The notes: generated from the letters alone by a model not told the origin. A DNA stretch of 64,000 nucleotides from Desulfobacterales bacterium (GCA_963674755.2 CAXXVS010000002.1:1568001-1632000); one strand, 5' to 3'; positions 9,223 to 19,172 are shown, counted from the first letter of the stretch. Numbers and translations are program-made.

Positions 9223-9284
9223 ACTTCACCACCTACTGTTAGGAACGCGCAGAAATCCGCGCGCTTCAAAGGAGCATGATAGAC
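9223..9284 (+). other. degenerate integron attC-like site
   Basis: ACTTCAC (RYYYAAC with 1 mismatch), 5-nt spacer, imperfect hairpin with bulges around ACGCGC/GCGCG, then GATAGAC (GTTRRRY with 1 mismatch). Confidence 0.5.
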
Positions 9285-9303
9285 CTATCAGGAGGACTTA
9301 TAA

Positions 9304-9627
9304 ATGAGCAACATTATCATCATAACAATCTTCGTATCTGGCATTATTGGAATTAAAAGCCCTATTGTTGCAGGTATTGTCAGTGCATTATTGTTTCCGT
9401 TATATTTCTACTTATTTGATTCTGTTAGTCTTTACAAATTGATACTGTTTGGTCCTGTAGGGTTTATTTTAGGCTATATTTTAGGAAAAATATCCTCCTG
9501 GTTCTTTTCTGGTTTTAAAGGTGGTAAACATAGTGGGGGGCCATCTTACATTGGCGGTGGAGAAAGAGGCAGGCACACTGGTGGTATAGTATATTCTGAT
9601 GATGAAATTAAAAATATGAAAAAATAA
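9304..9627 (+). CDS. small membrane protein, integron-cassette-like
   Basis: Strong RBS, hydrophobic helices, AT-rich; GTCTAAC (9629-9635) right after the stop. Confidence 0.8.
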   Translation: MSNIIIITIFVSGIIGIKSPIVAGIVSALLFPLYFYLFDSVSLYKLILFGPVGFILGYILGKISSWFFSGFKGGKHSGGPSYIGGGERGRHTGGIVYSDDEIKNMKK

Positions 9628-9636
9628 AGTCTAACC

Positions 9637-9696
9637 ATTAAAAAGCATATTGATATTCCCGTTATTGTCGTCGGAGGAATTCGGTCACTTGAGGCA
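9637..9696 (+). pseudogene. fragment of a paralogous NADH:flavin oxidoreductase gene
   Basis: Reads IKKHIDIPVIVVGGIRSLEA, similar to LKKTMNCPIMLVGGLKSFDR in the next gene. Confidence 0.55.
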
Positions 9697-9728
9697 TATA
9701 ATTCTGACCAAGGAATAAGGAGCACACC

Positions 9729-10970
9729 ATGAAATCACCAAAAGTTTCTATTGTGTTCAGCAATTGCCTTATAGGGAATATTGAAATTAAAAACAGACTG
9801 ATAAGATCTGCCACCTATGAGAATGCCGCCACAAATGACGGCAAGGTAACCGAAAAACTGATCTCGATTTATCGTGAACTGGCAGAGGGAGGCGTCGGAC
9901 TCATCATTACAGGAACGATGGGGGTATCTGCAAAAGCAATGTCATATAGATTTGGCCTCGGCATTTATGATGACGCTCTTATCAAGGGCCTAAGAAAAAT
10001 ACCTCAGGCTGTTCGTGATGCCGACCGCACCTGCAAAATTATGGCACAGGTCTTTCACCCGGGCCGGCAGGTTATTCCCGATCAGCCAGGTCCGAAATTC
10101 ATCGCCAGCCTCCCAAGAGCGCTTATAACTTACATTCGGCGGCATCCTGAATCGTTGCAGTCCGGCGGACAGCACAAGACATCTGTCGAACCGACGGCGC
10201 CATCTCCCGTGTACGATGCTTTCTTCGAGCGCACCCCACGGGCATTAACGGTCGAGGAGATCGATGAGATCACCGACACGTTTGCGGAAGCAATCCGTCG
10301 GGCTCAGGAGGCTGAATTTGATGGGGTGCAGATTCATGCCGCTCACGGCTATTTACTCAGTTCGTTCCTGTCACCCTATACAAACAAGCGCGACGATCAG
10401 TATGGCGGTTCAACGGAGAACCGTGTTCGGATCTTTAGGGAAATTTACGAAAAAGCAACCAAGAAAGTCGGGGAGGACTTTCCGATCCTGATAAAGATAA
10501 ACACAACCGATTTTCTTCCCGGCGGAATGGATATTACGGAAGCCACGAAAGCCGCTGAAATACTGGAAAAGATCGGATTTGCCGCTATTGAGACAAGCGG
10601 TGGGATGTGGGAGGCTGTAACGCGGGGCCACGAAGAACTGGGTTGGCCTCCTGTTATTCTCCCGGAGGCTCGGACAGAGATAAGGTCCAAAGATCAGGAA
10701 GCCTACTTTCTGCCAGCCGCCAAGGCTCTGAAAAAGACAATGAATTGCCCCATTATGTTAGTCGGCGGCCTCAAGTCATTTGACCGGATAGAACAAATTC
10801 TTACGGCAGGAAGTGCGGATTTTGTATCGCTATCACGTCCTTTAATACGTCAGCCCGACCTGCCTGATTTATGGCTTTCAGGTGCTGGCCCGAATAGAGC
10901 GGAATGCATTTCCTGCAATGCTTGCCTGGCAATAGGCGCAGAACCGATAAGATGCAGAGCGAAAATATAG
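9729..10970 (+). CDS. NADH:flavin oxidoreductase (old yellow enzyme family)
   Basis: KNRLIRSAT, DGVQIHAAHGYLLSSFLSP, NKRDDQYGGSTENR, C-terminal CISCNAC. Confidence 0.93.
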   Translation: MKSPKVSIVFSNCLIGNIEIKNRLIRSATYENAATNDGKVTEKLISIYRELAEGGVGLIITGTMGVSAKAMSYRFGLGIYDDALIKGLRKIPQAVRDADRTCKIMAQVFHPGRQVIPDQPGPKFIASLPRALITYIRRHPESLQSGGQHKTSVEPTAPSPVYDAFFERTPRALTVEEIDEITDTFAEAIRRAQEAEFDGVQIHAAHGYLLSSFLSPYTNKRDDQYGGSTENRVRIFREIYEKATKKVGEDFPILIKINTTDFLPGGMDITEATKAAEILEKIGFAAIETSGGMWEAVTRGHEELGWPPVILPEARTEIRSKDQEAYFLPAAKALKKTMNCPIMLVGGLKSFDRIEQILTAGSADFVSLSRPLIRQPDLPDLWLSGAGPNRAECISCNACLAIGAEPIRCRAKI

Positions 10971-11079
10971 AACCCGAAATGAGATATCGTCTATTCAGGT
11001 TCGCCCTTGTATGATCTATCAAATCTGGCTTTGGGCAACAGCCCGTTAATTCTTAATAAAATCGCCCATTAATCCGATA

Positions 11080-11685
11080 TCAGGCAGTTGATTTTGTCAA
11101 TCGCCGCATCGAGTAGTTATAAGAGATGATCTGCCATGCGATTAACATCAAAATCACCGTTGCGGTGGACACAGGAAGACCGGTGTAAGAGAATATGTCC
11201 TTCTTTTCGATTGTCTCTCCTGGTTTATCATGTCCGGAGTGCGCCAAGATATTGAAACCAAGACCCAATGAAACGACGCCGGTTTTGCCATCAATGGCCT
11301 TTTCCGGTGGCAGTCGATAAATAGAGACTTGAAAACAGGAAAGGCAAAAAAGGAAAATCAGGACTGCCAGCGAGGTCAGGAATGTTGTCCTGGCGGCTTT
11401 TCCCGTTAATAGGGCTTCGCGTTCGTCACGCTCGCGTATGAAAGTGAGTTTCGTCAATACCTGGTCACGAAACGGCTCCGAAACCATCAAGCGGACACAC
11501 AAATAAAGGGCAAGCGCCATCCAAAGTGCAAAGACAAACCCCACGATACTATTCAGCAAGTTAAGGTAGGCATTGGCGTGGTTAACAACGCCCGAGCTGT
11601 AAACGTAAGAAAAGGCCGCCAAAACGATGAATGCCGGAAGCCCGTATAAAAAAACCTTCAATAGGATTGAGTCAAGCCTCTTCAT
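11080..11685 (-). CDS. membrane protein (DERE-motif family paired with XRE regulators)
   Basis: About four TM segments, ERDERE motif; translationally coupled to the XRE gene. Confidence 0.75.
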   Translation of the reverse strand: MKRLDSILLKVFLYGLPAFIVLAAFSYVYSSGVVNHANAYLNLLNSIVGFVFALWMALALYLCVRLMVSEPFRDQVLTKLTFIRERDEREALLTGKAARTTFLTSLAVLIFLFCLSCFQVSIYRLPPEKAIDGKTGVVSLGLGFNILAHSGHDKPGETIEKKDIFSYTGLPVSTATVILMLIAWQIISYNYSMRRLTKSTA

Positions 11686-11912
11686 TCTGTCTCCTCCTCG
11701 ATCGAGAAAATGGTATTTATGTCGGCTCCGAAATAACGCGCAATGCGAAACGCCAATTCAAGCGAAGGGTTGTAACCGCCCCCCTCGATTGCCACAATGG
11801 TGGCCCGTGTTACCCCGACTTCTTTCGCGAGTTGCTCCTGGGTCATCCGCCTTTCGGCGCGGAGAACATGCAAACGGCTCACGATCTTTAGCTGTGGAAG
11901 GGACTTAGACAT
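11682..11912 (-). CDS. XRE/Cro-C1 HTH transcriptional regulator
   Basis: MTQEQLAKEVGVTRATIVAIEGGGYNPSLELAFRIA. Confidence 0.93.
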   Translation of the reverse strand: MSKSLPQLKIVSRLHVLRAERRMTQEQLAKEVGVTRATIVAIEGGGYNPSLELAFRIARYFGADINTIFSIEEETE

Positions 11913-12050
11913 GCTTCGCCTCTGATGTCTTGTTAATTTTACATAGTGTCACACATTCTATACTTTTTGTCAAGTTTATTTTACTTTCAGGCCAGAATCA
12001 ATCTGCTATTTCAACGTTACGACCAATCATAACTCTGAAAGGAGGATGAC

Positions 12051-13541
12051 ATGCCTAAGATCACCCCGCCGTTTTTCCCGATCATTTATGTCCGCGGTTA
12101 TGCGATGACCAAAAGCGAGATCGAAGCCACGGTAGCCACGCCCTATATGGGTTTCAATCTGGGCGCGACAAAAGTCCGCCAGGACTGGAACGGCAAGGTG
12201 GTCAAATATATTTTCGAATCGCCGCTGGTGCGGTTGATGAAGGACTATGACTACCGGGATATCTACGCGGATGGCAAGGAGCGCGCCGGGCTTGTTTCCC
12301 CGCGCCGCATCGTCATCTATCGCTATTACGAACAGGGCGATGTAGATCTGGGCAGTGGCCAGGTGCCGTCGATTACCGAGGCGGCGGAAGGCTTGGGGGA
12401 ACTGATCCTCAAACTTCGTGGACAAGTCTGCGGTGAGGACCAGGAAGCTGCCAAGGCTTTTCGGGTTTATCTGGTGGCCCATTCCATGGGAGGGCTCGTT
12501 TGCCGCTGCTTCCTGCAGAATCCTGCTGTATCCCGGGAAGAAGTGAAGAAGCTGGTGGACAAGGTTTTCACCTATGCAACGCCGCATAACGGTATCGAGA
12601 TGGCCGGTATGAACGTCCCCGAATTCCTCAGTCTATGGGACATGAACAACTTCAATCGCGATAAGATGGCCGGATACCTTGCGCTTCCCGGCCAACCGGA
12701 GAGGGTGGACGACCTTAACGGCACCTTCGATCCGAAACGTTTTTTCTGTCTGGTCGGGACCAACCACAAGGATTACGCCGCTGCGGCAGGACTCTCCCGC
12801 GTCATGGCCGGCGAAATGAGTGACGGACTGGTCAAGATTGAGAATGCCACCGTGCGCAATGCCCCGCGTGCCTTTGTCTATCGCAGCCACAGCGGCCCTT
12901 ACGGAATTGTCAATTCCGAGGAAGGGTATCAGAACCTGACCCGTTTCCTGTTCGGCAACGTCCAGGTGGACGGCATGCTCGAGGTGGAAAACCTACCCCT
13001 CCCGCCTCCAGTGAAGAAGGCCTACGACAACAACAAGCAAGTCCGAAGCTCCTATTTTTTCGAAGCCACCGTCTCGCCCCGCGGCGCGATAGACTATAAA
13101 CTCACCGAGCGCCGCAAAGAGACGTATTCCGCAGTCTTTCGAACCTTCGACGAGATCTTCCGGGTCGCAAGGGTCGACAGCCTGTCCGCACCGCGCATGC
13201 CTGTACTGTTCTCGGTTTTTCTCGACACGAAGAAAATCACTGTCGGCCGAACCGTGGTTTTCGGGGTGGATCTTAGTGTTTCCAGCACCGAATACGAGAT
13301 CGATGGATTCCTGTTCTTTAACCGAAGCATCCCCGGTGAATATCTCTTTAGGAACACCATCGTGATCCGCGCCACTCCCGATGGGGACAGCTGGCGGGTG
13401 CGCTATAACCTGACCGATGATGCCTGGAGCGACACCAGGGGCAAGGAGGCGGTAAGCGATGACGAAGGGTTTGTCATTCCCCTGCAGTCCGCCAAAGGGT
13501 TCAAGGGAAAACTGAGGCTGGATACCAAGAGGTGGGGGTGA
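12051..13541 (+). CDS. lipase/esterase-like alpha/beta hydrolase (PGAP1-like)
   Basis: LVAHSMGGL, TYATPHNG, SDGLV; RBS AGGAGG. Confidence 0.85.
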   Translation: MPKITPPFFPIIYVRGYAMTKSEIEATVATPYMGFNLGATKVRQDWNGKVVKYIFESPLVRLMKDYDYRDIYADGKERAGLVSPRRIVIYRYYEQGDVDLGSGQVPSITEAAEGLGELILKLRGQVCGEDQEAAKAFRVYLVAHSMGGLVCRCFLQNPAVSREEVKKLVDKVFTYATPHNGIEMAGMNVPEFLSLWDMNNFNRDKMAGYLALPGQPERVDDLNGTFDPKRFFCLVGTNHKDYAAAAGLSRVMAGEMSDGLVKIENATVRNAPRAFVYRSHSGPYGIVNSEEGYQNLTRFLFGNVQVDGMLEVENLPLPPPVKKAYDNNKQVRSSYFFEATVSPRGAIDYKLTERRKETYSAVFRTFDEIFRVARVDSLSAPRMPVLFSVFLDTKKITVGRTVVFGVDLSVSSTEYEIDGFLFFNRSIPGEYLFRNTIVIRATPDGDSWRVRYNLTDDAWSDTRGKEAVSDDEGFVIPLQSAKGFKGKLRLDTKRWG

Positions 13542-13702
13542 AAAGGAATATGGGGGGGTGATCGCCCATATTTCCCGGGAAAGGTCGCGGGGTCGCCATT
13601 CACAAAGGACTCGCAGGGACGGGCTACCTTGGTTTTATCCAAGCTAAGTATTGAAATCTCATCTGCTAAATCTGTATTCCCTGCTCGCCTGTGATGGTGG
13701 GC

Positions 13703-13900
13703 GTTAGACCGATTAGGAGAACCTCTATATGAGCAACATCATCATCAGAACAATCTTCGTATCGGGCATCATTGGGATTTAAAGCCCTATGGTTGCCGGT
13801 ATTGTCAGTGCATTATTGTTTCCGTTATATTTCTACTTATTTGACTCCGTTAGTCTTTACAAATTGATACTGTTTGATCCTGTAGGGTTTATTTTAGGCT
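13703..13900 (+). pseudogene. truncated, nonsense-mutated second copy of the 9278-9627 cassette
   Basis: Near-identical to 9278 to about 9476. Starts at GTTAGAC, ATG at 13729, AAA>TAA at codon 18. Confidence 0.9.
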
Positions 13901-14017
13901 AAATAAATATTTCAAAACGCATTATTTCAAAGGGTGCAATGAAGGCATGGCATCAACGCCGATACTATCATTAGTTCATGCCGACATTGAGAATAGGGAT
14001 TCGCGGGATAAACAACC

Positions 14018-14497
14018 ATGAGAGATTTTCTGCTCGGTGGATTACTGAAAATTATACCCTATGAGGATGCATACAAAACGCCATTAAGACAACTCACCTT
14101 GGAGTGGCTGGAAAAATATGTTTCCGTGGAACCGGAAGACGCGCTTTTTCTGAACGACCCGGACAAATACGTTTCCAGCAGGGATGGGGCGATCTATCTG
14201 GCCCGATATGATGGCGATATTGTAGGAACCGTGGCCCTCTACAAGCTTTCCGAACGCAATTATGAGCTGGCGAAGCTGGCCGTAACGGAACGCTGCAAAG
14301 GAAAACGGATCGGTTGCGCCCTGATCGAGCACGGCATCGAGACATGCCGCCGTTGGGGGGCGGATACCATCACCCTATTCACCACCAAACGCCTTGAAGC
14401 TGCTTACCGGCTCTATCTCAAATATGGTTTTCGCGAAGTTCCGGATGGAAAACAAAAGTATATCGAGTCCGACACCCAAATGATTCTCAAGATATAG
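14018..14497 (+). CDS. GNAT family N-acetyltransferase
   Basis: YELAKLAVTERCKGKRIG, AYRLYLKYGF. Confidence 0.9.
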   Translation: MRDFLLGGLLKIIPYEDAYKTPLRQLTLEWLEKYVSVEPEDALFLNDPDKYVSSRDGAIYLARYDGDIVGTVALYKLSERNYELAKLAVTERCKGKRIGCALIEHGIETCRRWGADTITLFTTKRLEAAYRLYLKYGFREVPDGKQKYIESDTQMILKI

Positions 14498-14622
14498 TCT
14501 CAAGACCTTGATCGTTTCTCAAAGAGACAAGAGAGCATGGATGAAGGGGGGGCTGGATTCCTGATTCCCAAAAAGTTTATTTCTCTCTGATCAGATCTCC
14601 TGAATTGTTTTTTCAACCTTGT

Positions 14623-16515
14623 TTACGGCTTTGGATCCCCGGCGTCCGCCATGGGGCCTCCTGCGGCTCTGGCCATGGCTTGCGCCCGGTCCCGGAACTG
14701 GCTCATGTACAGGCGATGGTAGACGCCTCCCAAAGCCAGGAGTTCGGTGTGGCGGCCCCGTTCCACCACCCTGCCCTGCTCCATGACAATCAGCTGGTCG
14801 GCATGGGCGATGGTGGAAAGCCGGTGGGCGATGATGAAGCTGGTGCGGCCCTTCATCAATTGCTGGAGGGCGTTTTGAATATGCAGCTCGGTGCGGGTGT
14901 CGACGGAGCTGGTGGCCTCATCCAGGATGAGGATGGCCGGATCGGCCAGGATGGCCCGGGCAATGGTTAACAGTTGGCGCTGGCCTTCGGAGAGGTTGGC
15001 CCCCCGTTCCGCCAGCACCGTAGCGTAACCCCGGGGGAGCCGGCGGATAAACCCGTCCGCATGGGCCAGCCGGGCGGCCTCGCAAACCTCCTCGTCCGTG
15101 GCATCCAGCCGGCCGTAGCGAATGTTTTCCATCACCGACTCGCTGAAAAGAAACGACTGTTGCAGGACCACCCCCAGCTGCCGCCGCAGGCTGTCCCGGG
15201 TCACGGCACGGATGTCGACGCCGTCCAGGTAGATGTTTCCTTCATCGCTGTCATAAAAGCGCGAGAGCAGGTTGACCAGGGTCGTCTTCCCGGCGCCGGT
15301 GTGCCCGACAAGCGCGATCTGCTCGCCGGGGCGGGCATGGATGGAGACATCCTGCAGCACCGGGACGCCGGGCACATAGGCAAAGGTGACGTGTTCCAGC
15401 CGCACGTCACCGGCCAGCCGGGGAAGCGCGGGCGCCCCGGGCGCATCGGTTTGATCCGGCGCCGTATCCAGGATTTCAAAAATGCGTTCGGCCCCGGCCA
15501 GGGCGGCCTGGATCTGGTTGTACAGATTGCCCAGTTGGCGCAGCGGCTCGGCAAAGCGCCGCGAGTACGTGATAAACGCGGCAATCGTGCCGATCGTGAC
15601 CATCCCCCGCAGTGCCAGCCAGCCGCCAAATCCGCACAGCACGGCCACATTCAGATTGGACAGGATGCCCATCATGGGCATCACCAGAAGGGCCAGGGTC
15701 ATGGCCTTCACCCCCACCGCGCGGGCCGCCTCATTGGCCTGGTCGAAGCGGTGCAAAACGGTCTCTTCCTGCCCGAAGGCCAGGACGACCCGTTGCCCGC
15801 TGTAGGTCTCCTCTAACACGGCGTTCAGCGCACCCAACCGCATCTGGTAGCTGCGAAAGACCGCGCGTGTCCTGCGGCCGACCATGCCTACGAGGCCGAT
15901 CATCAGGGGGAAGGCAATCATCGAGGCCAGGGTCAGCCAGGGGCTGAGAACCGCCATGACCGCCAGAATACCGGCAATGGTCAGGATCCCGGTAAACAGT
16001 TGGGTGGCGTTGTAGGTCAGCACCTGGCTGATGGCATCCATGTCGTTGGTCAGCCGGCTCATCAGATCCCCCTGGGAGCGGGAATCGAAGAATCGCAGAG
16101 ACAGCGTCTGCAAATGACTGAAAAGCGCGGCCCGCAACGCGCGCATGACCTGCTGGGCGATGCCGGCGATCAGAACGCCCTGTCCGAGCTGGGCGGCTGC
16201 GGATAGCAGGTATACTCCCATCATGAGGAGGGTCAGCCGCAGGAGGGCGGCCAGGTTTCCGCCGACGAGTTGGTCAATGGCCCGTCCCATCAGGAAGGGG
16301 CCGGCAATGGCCAAAGCGGTGGCGCATGCGGCCAGCATAACCACCAGGACAAGGGCGCCGCGATGGGGGTGCAGATAGGGCATCAGGCGGCCCAAGGCCC
16401 CCTTGGCGTCCCGGGCCCGTTCCGCGGTCGGCCCCTGGCCGCCAACTTTGCCGCCCGGCCCCGGCAACCCGGAAATGCCCGGCGACGCCTGTTTGGGCGT
16501 GGGGTCAGCCGTCAT
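14623..16515 (-). CDS. ABC exporter permease/ATP-binding subunit
   Basis: TM domain, GHTGAGKT, LSEGQRQ, ILDEATS. Confidence 0.93.
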   Translation of the reverse strand: MTADPTPKQASPGISGLPGPGGKVGGQGPTAERARDAKGALGRLMPYLHPHRGALVLVVMLAACATALAIAGPFLMGRAIDQLVGGNLAALLRLTLLMMGVYLLSAAAQLGQGVLIAGIAQQVMRALRAALFSHLQTLSLRFFDSRSQGDLMSRLTNDMDAISQVLTYNATQLFTGILTIAGILAVMAVLSPWLTLASMIAFPLMIGLVGMVGRRTRAVFRSYQMRLGALNAVLEETYSGQRVVLAFGQEETVLHRFDQANEAARAVGVKAMTLALLVMPMMGILSNLNVAVLCGFGGWLALRGMVTIGTIAAFITYSRRFAEPLRQLGNLYNQIQAALAGAERIFEILDTAPDQTDAPGAPALPRLAGDVRLEHVTFAYVPGVPVLQDVSIHARPGEQIALVGHTGAGKTTLVNLLSRFYDSDEGNIYLDGVDIRAVTRDSLRRQLGVVLQQSFLFSESVMENIRYGRLDATDEEVCEAARLAHADGFIRRLPRGYATVLAERGANLSEGQRQLLTIARAILADPAILILDEATSSVDTRTELHIQNALQQLMKGRTSFIIAHRLSTIAHADQLIVMEQGRVVERGRHTELLALGGVYHRLYMSQFRDRAQAMARAAGGPMADAGDPKP

Positions 16516-18277
16516 GATGCCTCGCCTTTTCCGCTGTCGGCTGCCCGAGCTGGGAGCGATAGATGTCCTGATAGGCGGCACTCGTGGCGAGCAGTTGACG
16601 GTGGGTGCCCATGGCGCTGATCCGCCCCTGTTCGAGGACCACTATCTTGTCGGCCAGCAGCACCGTGCTGATGCGCTGGGCCACGATGAAACGGGTGGTG
16701 GCCCTTTGCGAATCGGCGATGAGCCGGTCGAGGGCGTCCTGCAGCCGGACTTCGGTCTCGATATCCAGCGCGCTGGTGGAATCGTCGAGGATCAGGACTT
16801 TGGGCTGGACCAGCAAAGCCCGCGCAATGGCGATCCGCTGGCGCTGTCCGCCGGAAAGCGTCACGCCCCGCTGGCCGATCACGGTGTCGTAGCCGTCGGC
16901 CAGCGCGGCAATGAACGGGTCGGCCTGGGCCGCCCGGGCCGCCGCCCGCACCTCCGCATCGCTGGCGGCCCTTCGGCCGTAACGGATATTGTCGCGGATG
17001 CTGCCGCTGAAAAGGACCGACTCCTGCAAAGCGATTCCGACCGCGCCTCGCAAAGCGGCGAGGTCCAGCTCCCGCACGTCCATGCCGTCGAAGGTAATCC
17101 GCCCGGCCGTTACGTCATAGAAGCGCGGAATGAGGTGGATCAGGGTCGACTTGCCCGCGCCGGTGGCCCCCACGATGGCCACCGTCTCCCCGGGCTCGGC
17201 CGTGAAACTGACGTCCGACAGAACGGGTTCGGCGCCGTTGCCGGCATAGCTGAAGCAGACGTTCTCAAAGACGATCCGTCCCCGGGGATTGACGAGCTGG
17301 GATGCCGATGCCGATTGCCGGACATGGGGCGCGGCGTCAAGGACCTCCAGAATCCGGGCGGCCGAGGCCTCCGCGGCGGAGATGGGCCCGAGCATCCCGG
17401 TCAGCAGGAGGATCGGGAAAAGGGCAAAGGAAAGATAATTGATGGCGGCCACCACCTGTCCGGAGGTCATCTGGCCCGCCAGGGCGCTGCGCCCACCGAT
17501 CCAGAGCGCGGCCGCGATCGCCAGGTTGACCATCAGCAACATCACGGGCGCAAAGACCGCCATGAGATGCGCAACCCGGATCGTCTGGTCCATCAGGGCC
17601 TGGTTGGCCGCATCGAAACGGGCTTCTTCATGGGCCGTGCGGCAGAGGGCCTTGACCACGCGCATCCCGGCCAGGTTTTCCTGGAGGACGACGTTCAGCC
17701 GGTCGAGCCGCTGCTGGACCCACCGGAACAGCGGCCGGGCCTGGCGGGAAAACAGCCACACCAGCACTACGATCAGGGGGACAAAGGCGGCCATGATCAC
17801 GGCAAAACGGCGGCTGGTGAGAACCAGCATCACCGTGGCCCCGCAGGTCCAGATGGGCGCCCGGGTTAAGATGCGCAGGGACAGCATCACGATGAGCTGG
17901 ACCATACGGACGTCGCTCGTGGAGCGCACGATGAGATTGCCGGTCTGGAGCCGGTCGAGGTTGCCGAAGGAAAAGGTCTGAACCTTGCGGATCATGGCGC
18001 TGCGCAGGTCGGCGCCGAACCCCATGGCGACCTTCACCGACAGGTAATTGTTGGCGATGGCCAGGCCGGCCGAGAACAGGGCGGCCCCCACCATCACAAG
18101 GGCCGTCGTCATGATGACGTGCAGGTCGCGGGGCACGATCCCCTGATCGATGATGCGCTGGGTCAGATGCGGTATGAGCAGGTCGGCCCCCACCATGGCC
18201 AGGAGCAGGATCAGCGCGACCGCGGCCGGACTGCGGTAAGGCCGCAAATAGGCGTAGAGGCGCAGGAGGGATTTCAC
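16505..18277 (-). CDS. ABC exporter permease/ATP-binding subunit (heterodimer partner with degenerate site)
   Basis: GATGAGKS, LSGGQRQ, Walker B ILDDSTS, Q in place of the switch His. Confidence 0.93.
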   Translation of the reverse strand: MKSLLRLYAYLRPYRSPAAVALILLLAMVGADLLIPHLTQRIIDQGIVPRDLHVIMTTALVMVGAALFSAGLAIANNYLSVKVAMGFGADLRSAMIRKVQTFSFGNLDRLQTGNLIVRSTSDVRMVQLIVMLSLRILTRAPIWTCGATVMLVLTSRRFAVIMAAFVPLIVVLVWLFSRQARPLFRWVQQRLDRLNVVLQENLAGMRVVKALCRTAHEEARFDAANQALMDQTIRVAHLMAVFAPVMLLMVNLAIAAALWIGGRSALAGQMTSGQVVAAINYLSFALFPILLLTGMLGPISAAEASAARILEVLDAAPHVRQSASASQLVNPRGRIVFENVCFSYAGNGAEPVLSDVSFTAEPGETVAIVGATGAGKSTLIHLIPRFYDVTAGRITFDGMDVRELDLAALRGAVGIALQESVLFSGSIRDNIRYGRRAASDAEVRAAARAAQADPFIAALADGYDTVIGQRGVTLSGGQRQRIAIARALLVQPKVLILDDSTSALDIETEVRLQDALDRLIADSQRATTRFIVAQRISTVLLADKIVVLEQGRISAMGTHRQLLATSAAYQDIYRSQLGQPTAEKARHHDG

Positions 18278-18786
18278 CGGTCCTTCTCCTCACGTTCCCG
18301 GGAAGCGGCCTGTTTCAGGCATGACCGATCTGACTCCGGGATGGCTGCGTCGGACAGATAGCGGTGAACCTTGCCAAGCGCCCTGGTGAGAATTTCGTAC
18401 TCCTGCGCGCTCAGCAGCGATGTCATTTCACGGTCCAATTCCCGGAAGGAGGCGCGAGCTTCCCGACGGAGCTTGCGGGCCTTCTCGGTCAGATAAACCC
18501 GCACCACGCGCCGGTCCGCTTCGCCCCGGCGGCGATCGACCCAGCCGTCGCGCTCCATGCGCCGCAAAGTGCTGGTGGCCGTGGGCGGCCTGATATGCAG
18601 GGCCTGGGCGAGCAGGCTCTGGGAAAGGCCGTCTTCCTGCCAGAGCTGAAAGAGAATCATCCCCTGGGCGTGGTGCAGGCCGATGTTTTCCAGCATCAAT
18701 CTTCGGCGTCGGCCCACCAGGCGGCAGACCTGCCCCAGCAGATGTCCGAGGGTAAACTTGCGTGGGTCTTCCTGCGTATCAACCAT
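18274..18786 (-). CDS. MarR family regulator
   Basis: Winged HTH with DRRVVRVYLT. Confidence 0.92.
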   Translation of the reverse strand: MVDTQEDPRKFTLGHLLGQVCRLVGRRRRLMLENIGLHHAQGMILFQLWQEDGLSQSLLAQALHIRPPTATSTLRRMERDGWVDRRRGEADRRVVRVYLTEKARKLRREARASFRELDREMTSLLSAQEYEILTRALGKVHRYLSDAAIPESDRSCLKQAASREREEKDR

Positions 18787-18800
18787 AAGGGCCGGTCCCT

Positions 18801-18861
18801 GTTAGTTAGATAGCTAATTATTAGTTAGCTAACTAATAGAGCATCCCTAACGATCTGTCAA
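18801..18861 (-). promoter_or_regulatory. sigma70 promoter overlapped by a probable MarR operator
   Basis: TTGACA-17-TATTAG on the minus strand; perfect 20-bp palindrome TATTAGTTAGCTAACTAATA at 18819-18838. Confidence 0.75.
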
Positions 18862-19172
18862 CCAAATCGGTGCCGGGGTATGGACACATTGCGTACCCGG
18901 TTGCCCGCCCTCTGACCATCGCGCAAGCCACGACGAGGCAAAAGACATCCCTAACGTCATCGCGCGGTATATGCCTGAAAAACGGCATAAGAAGGCACCT
19001 AATCGTTCAAGCAATCGATGATGTCGGCCGATATATATAGGATGAAAACTTAAAAACTGATTTATCGTGCGTCGACGGGCGATTTAAGACCGTGCCCACG
19101 CGGATGGTTGCCAAACTGAGAGCCCCAAAGAACAAGTTTTCATCTCCACCAGATCAATCAAAGGAAAACGTC

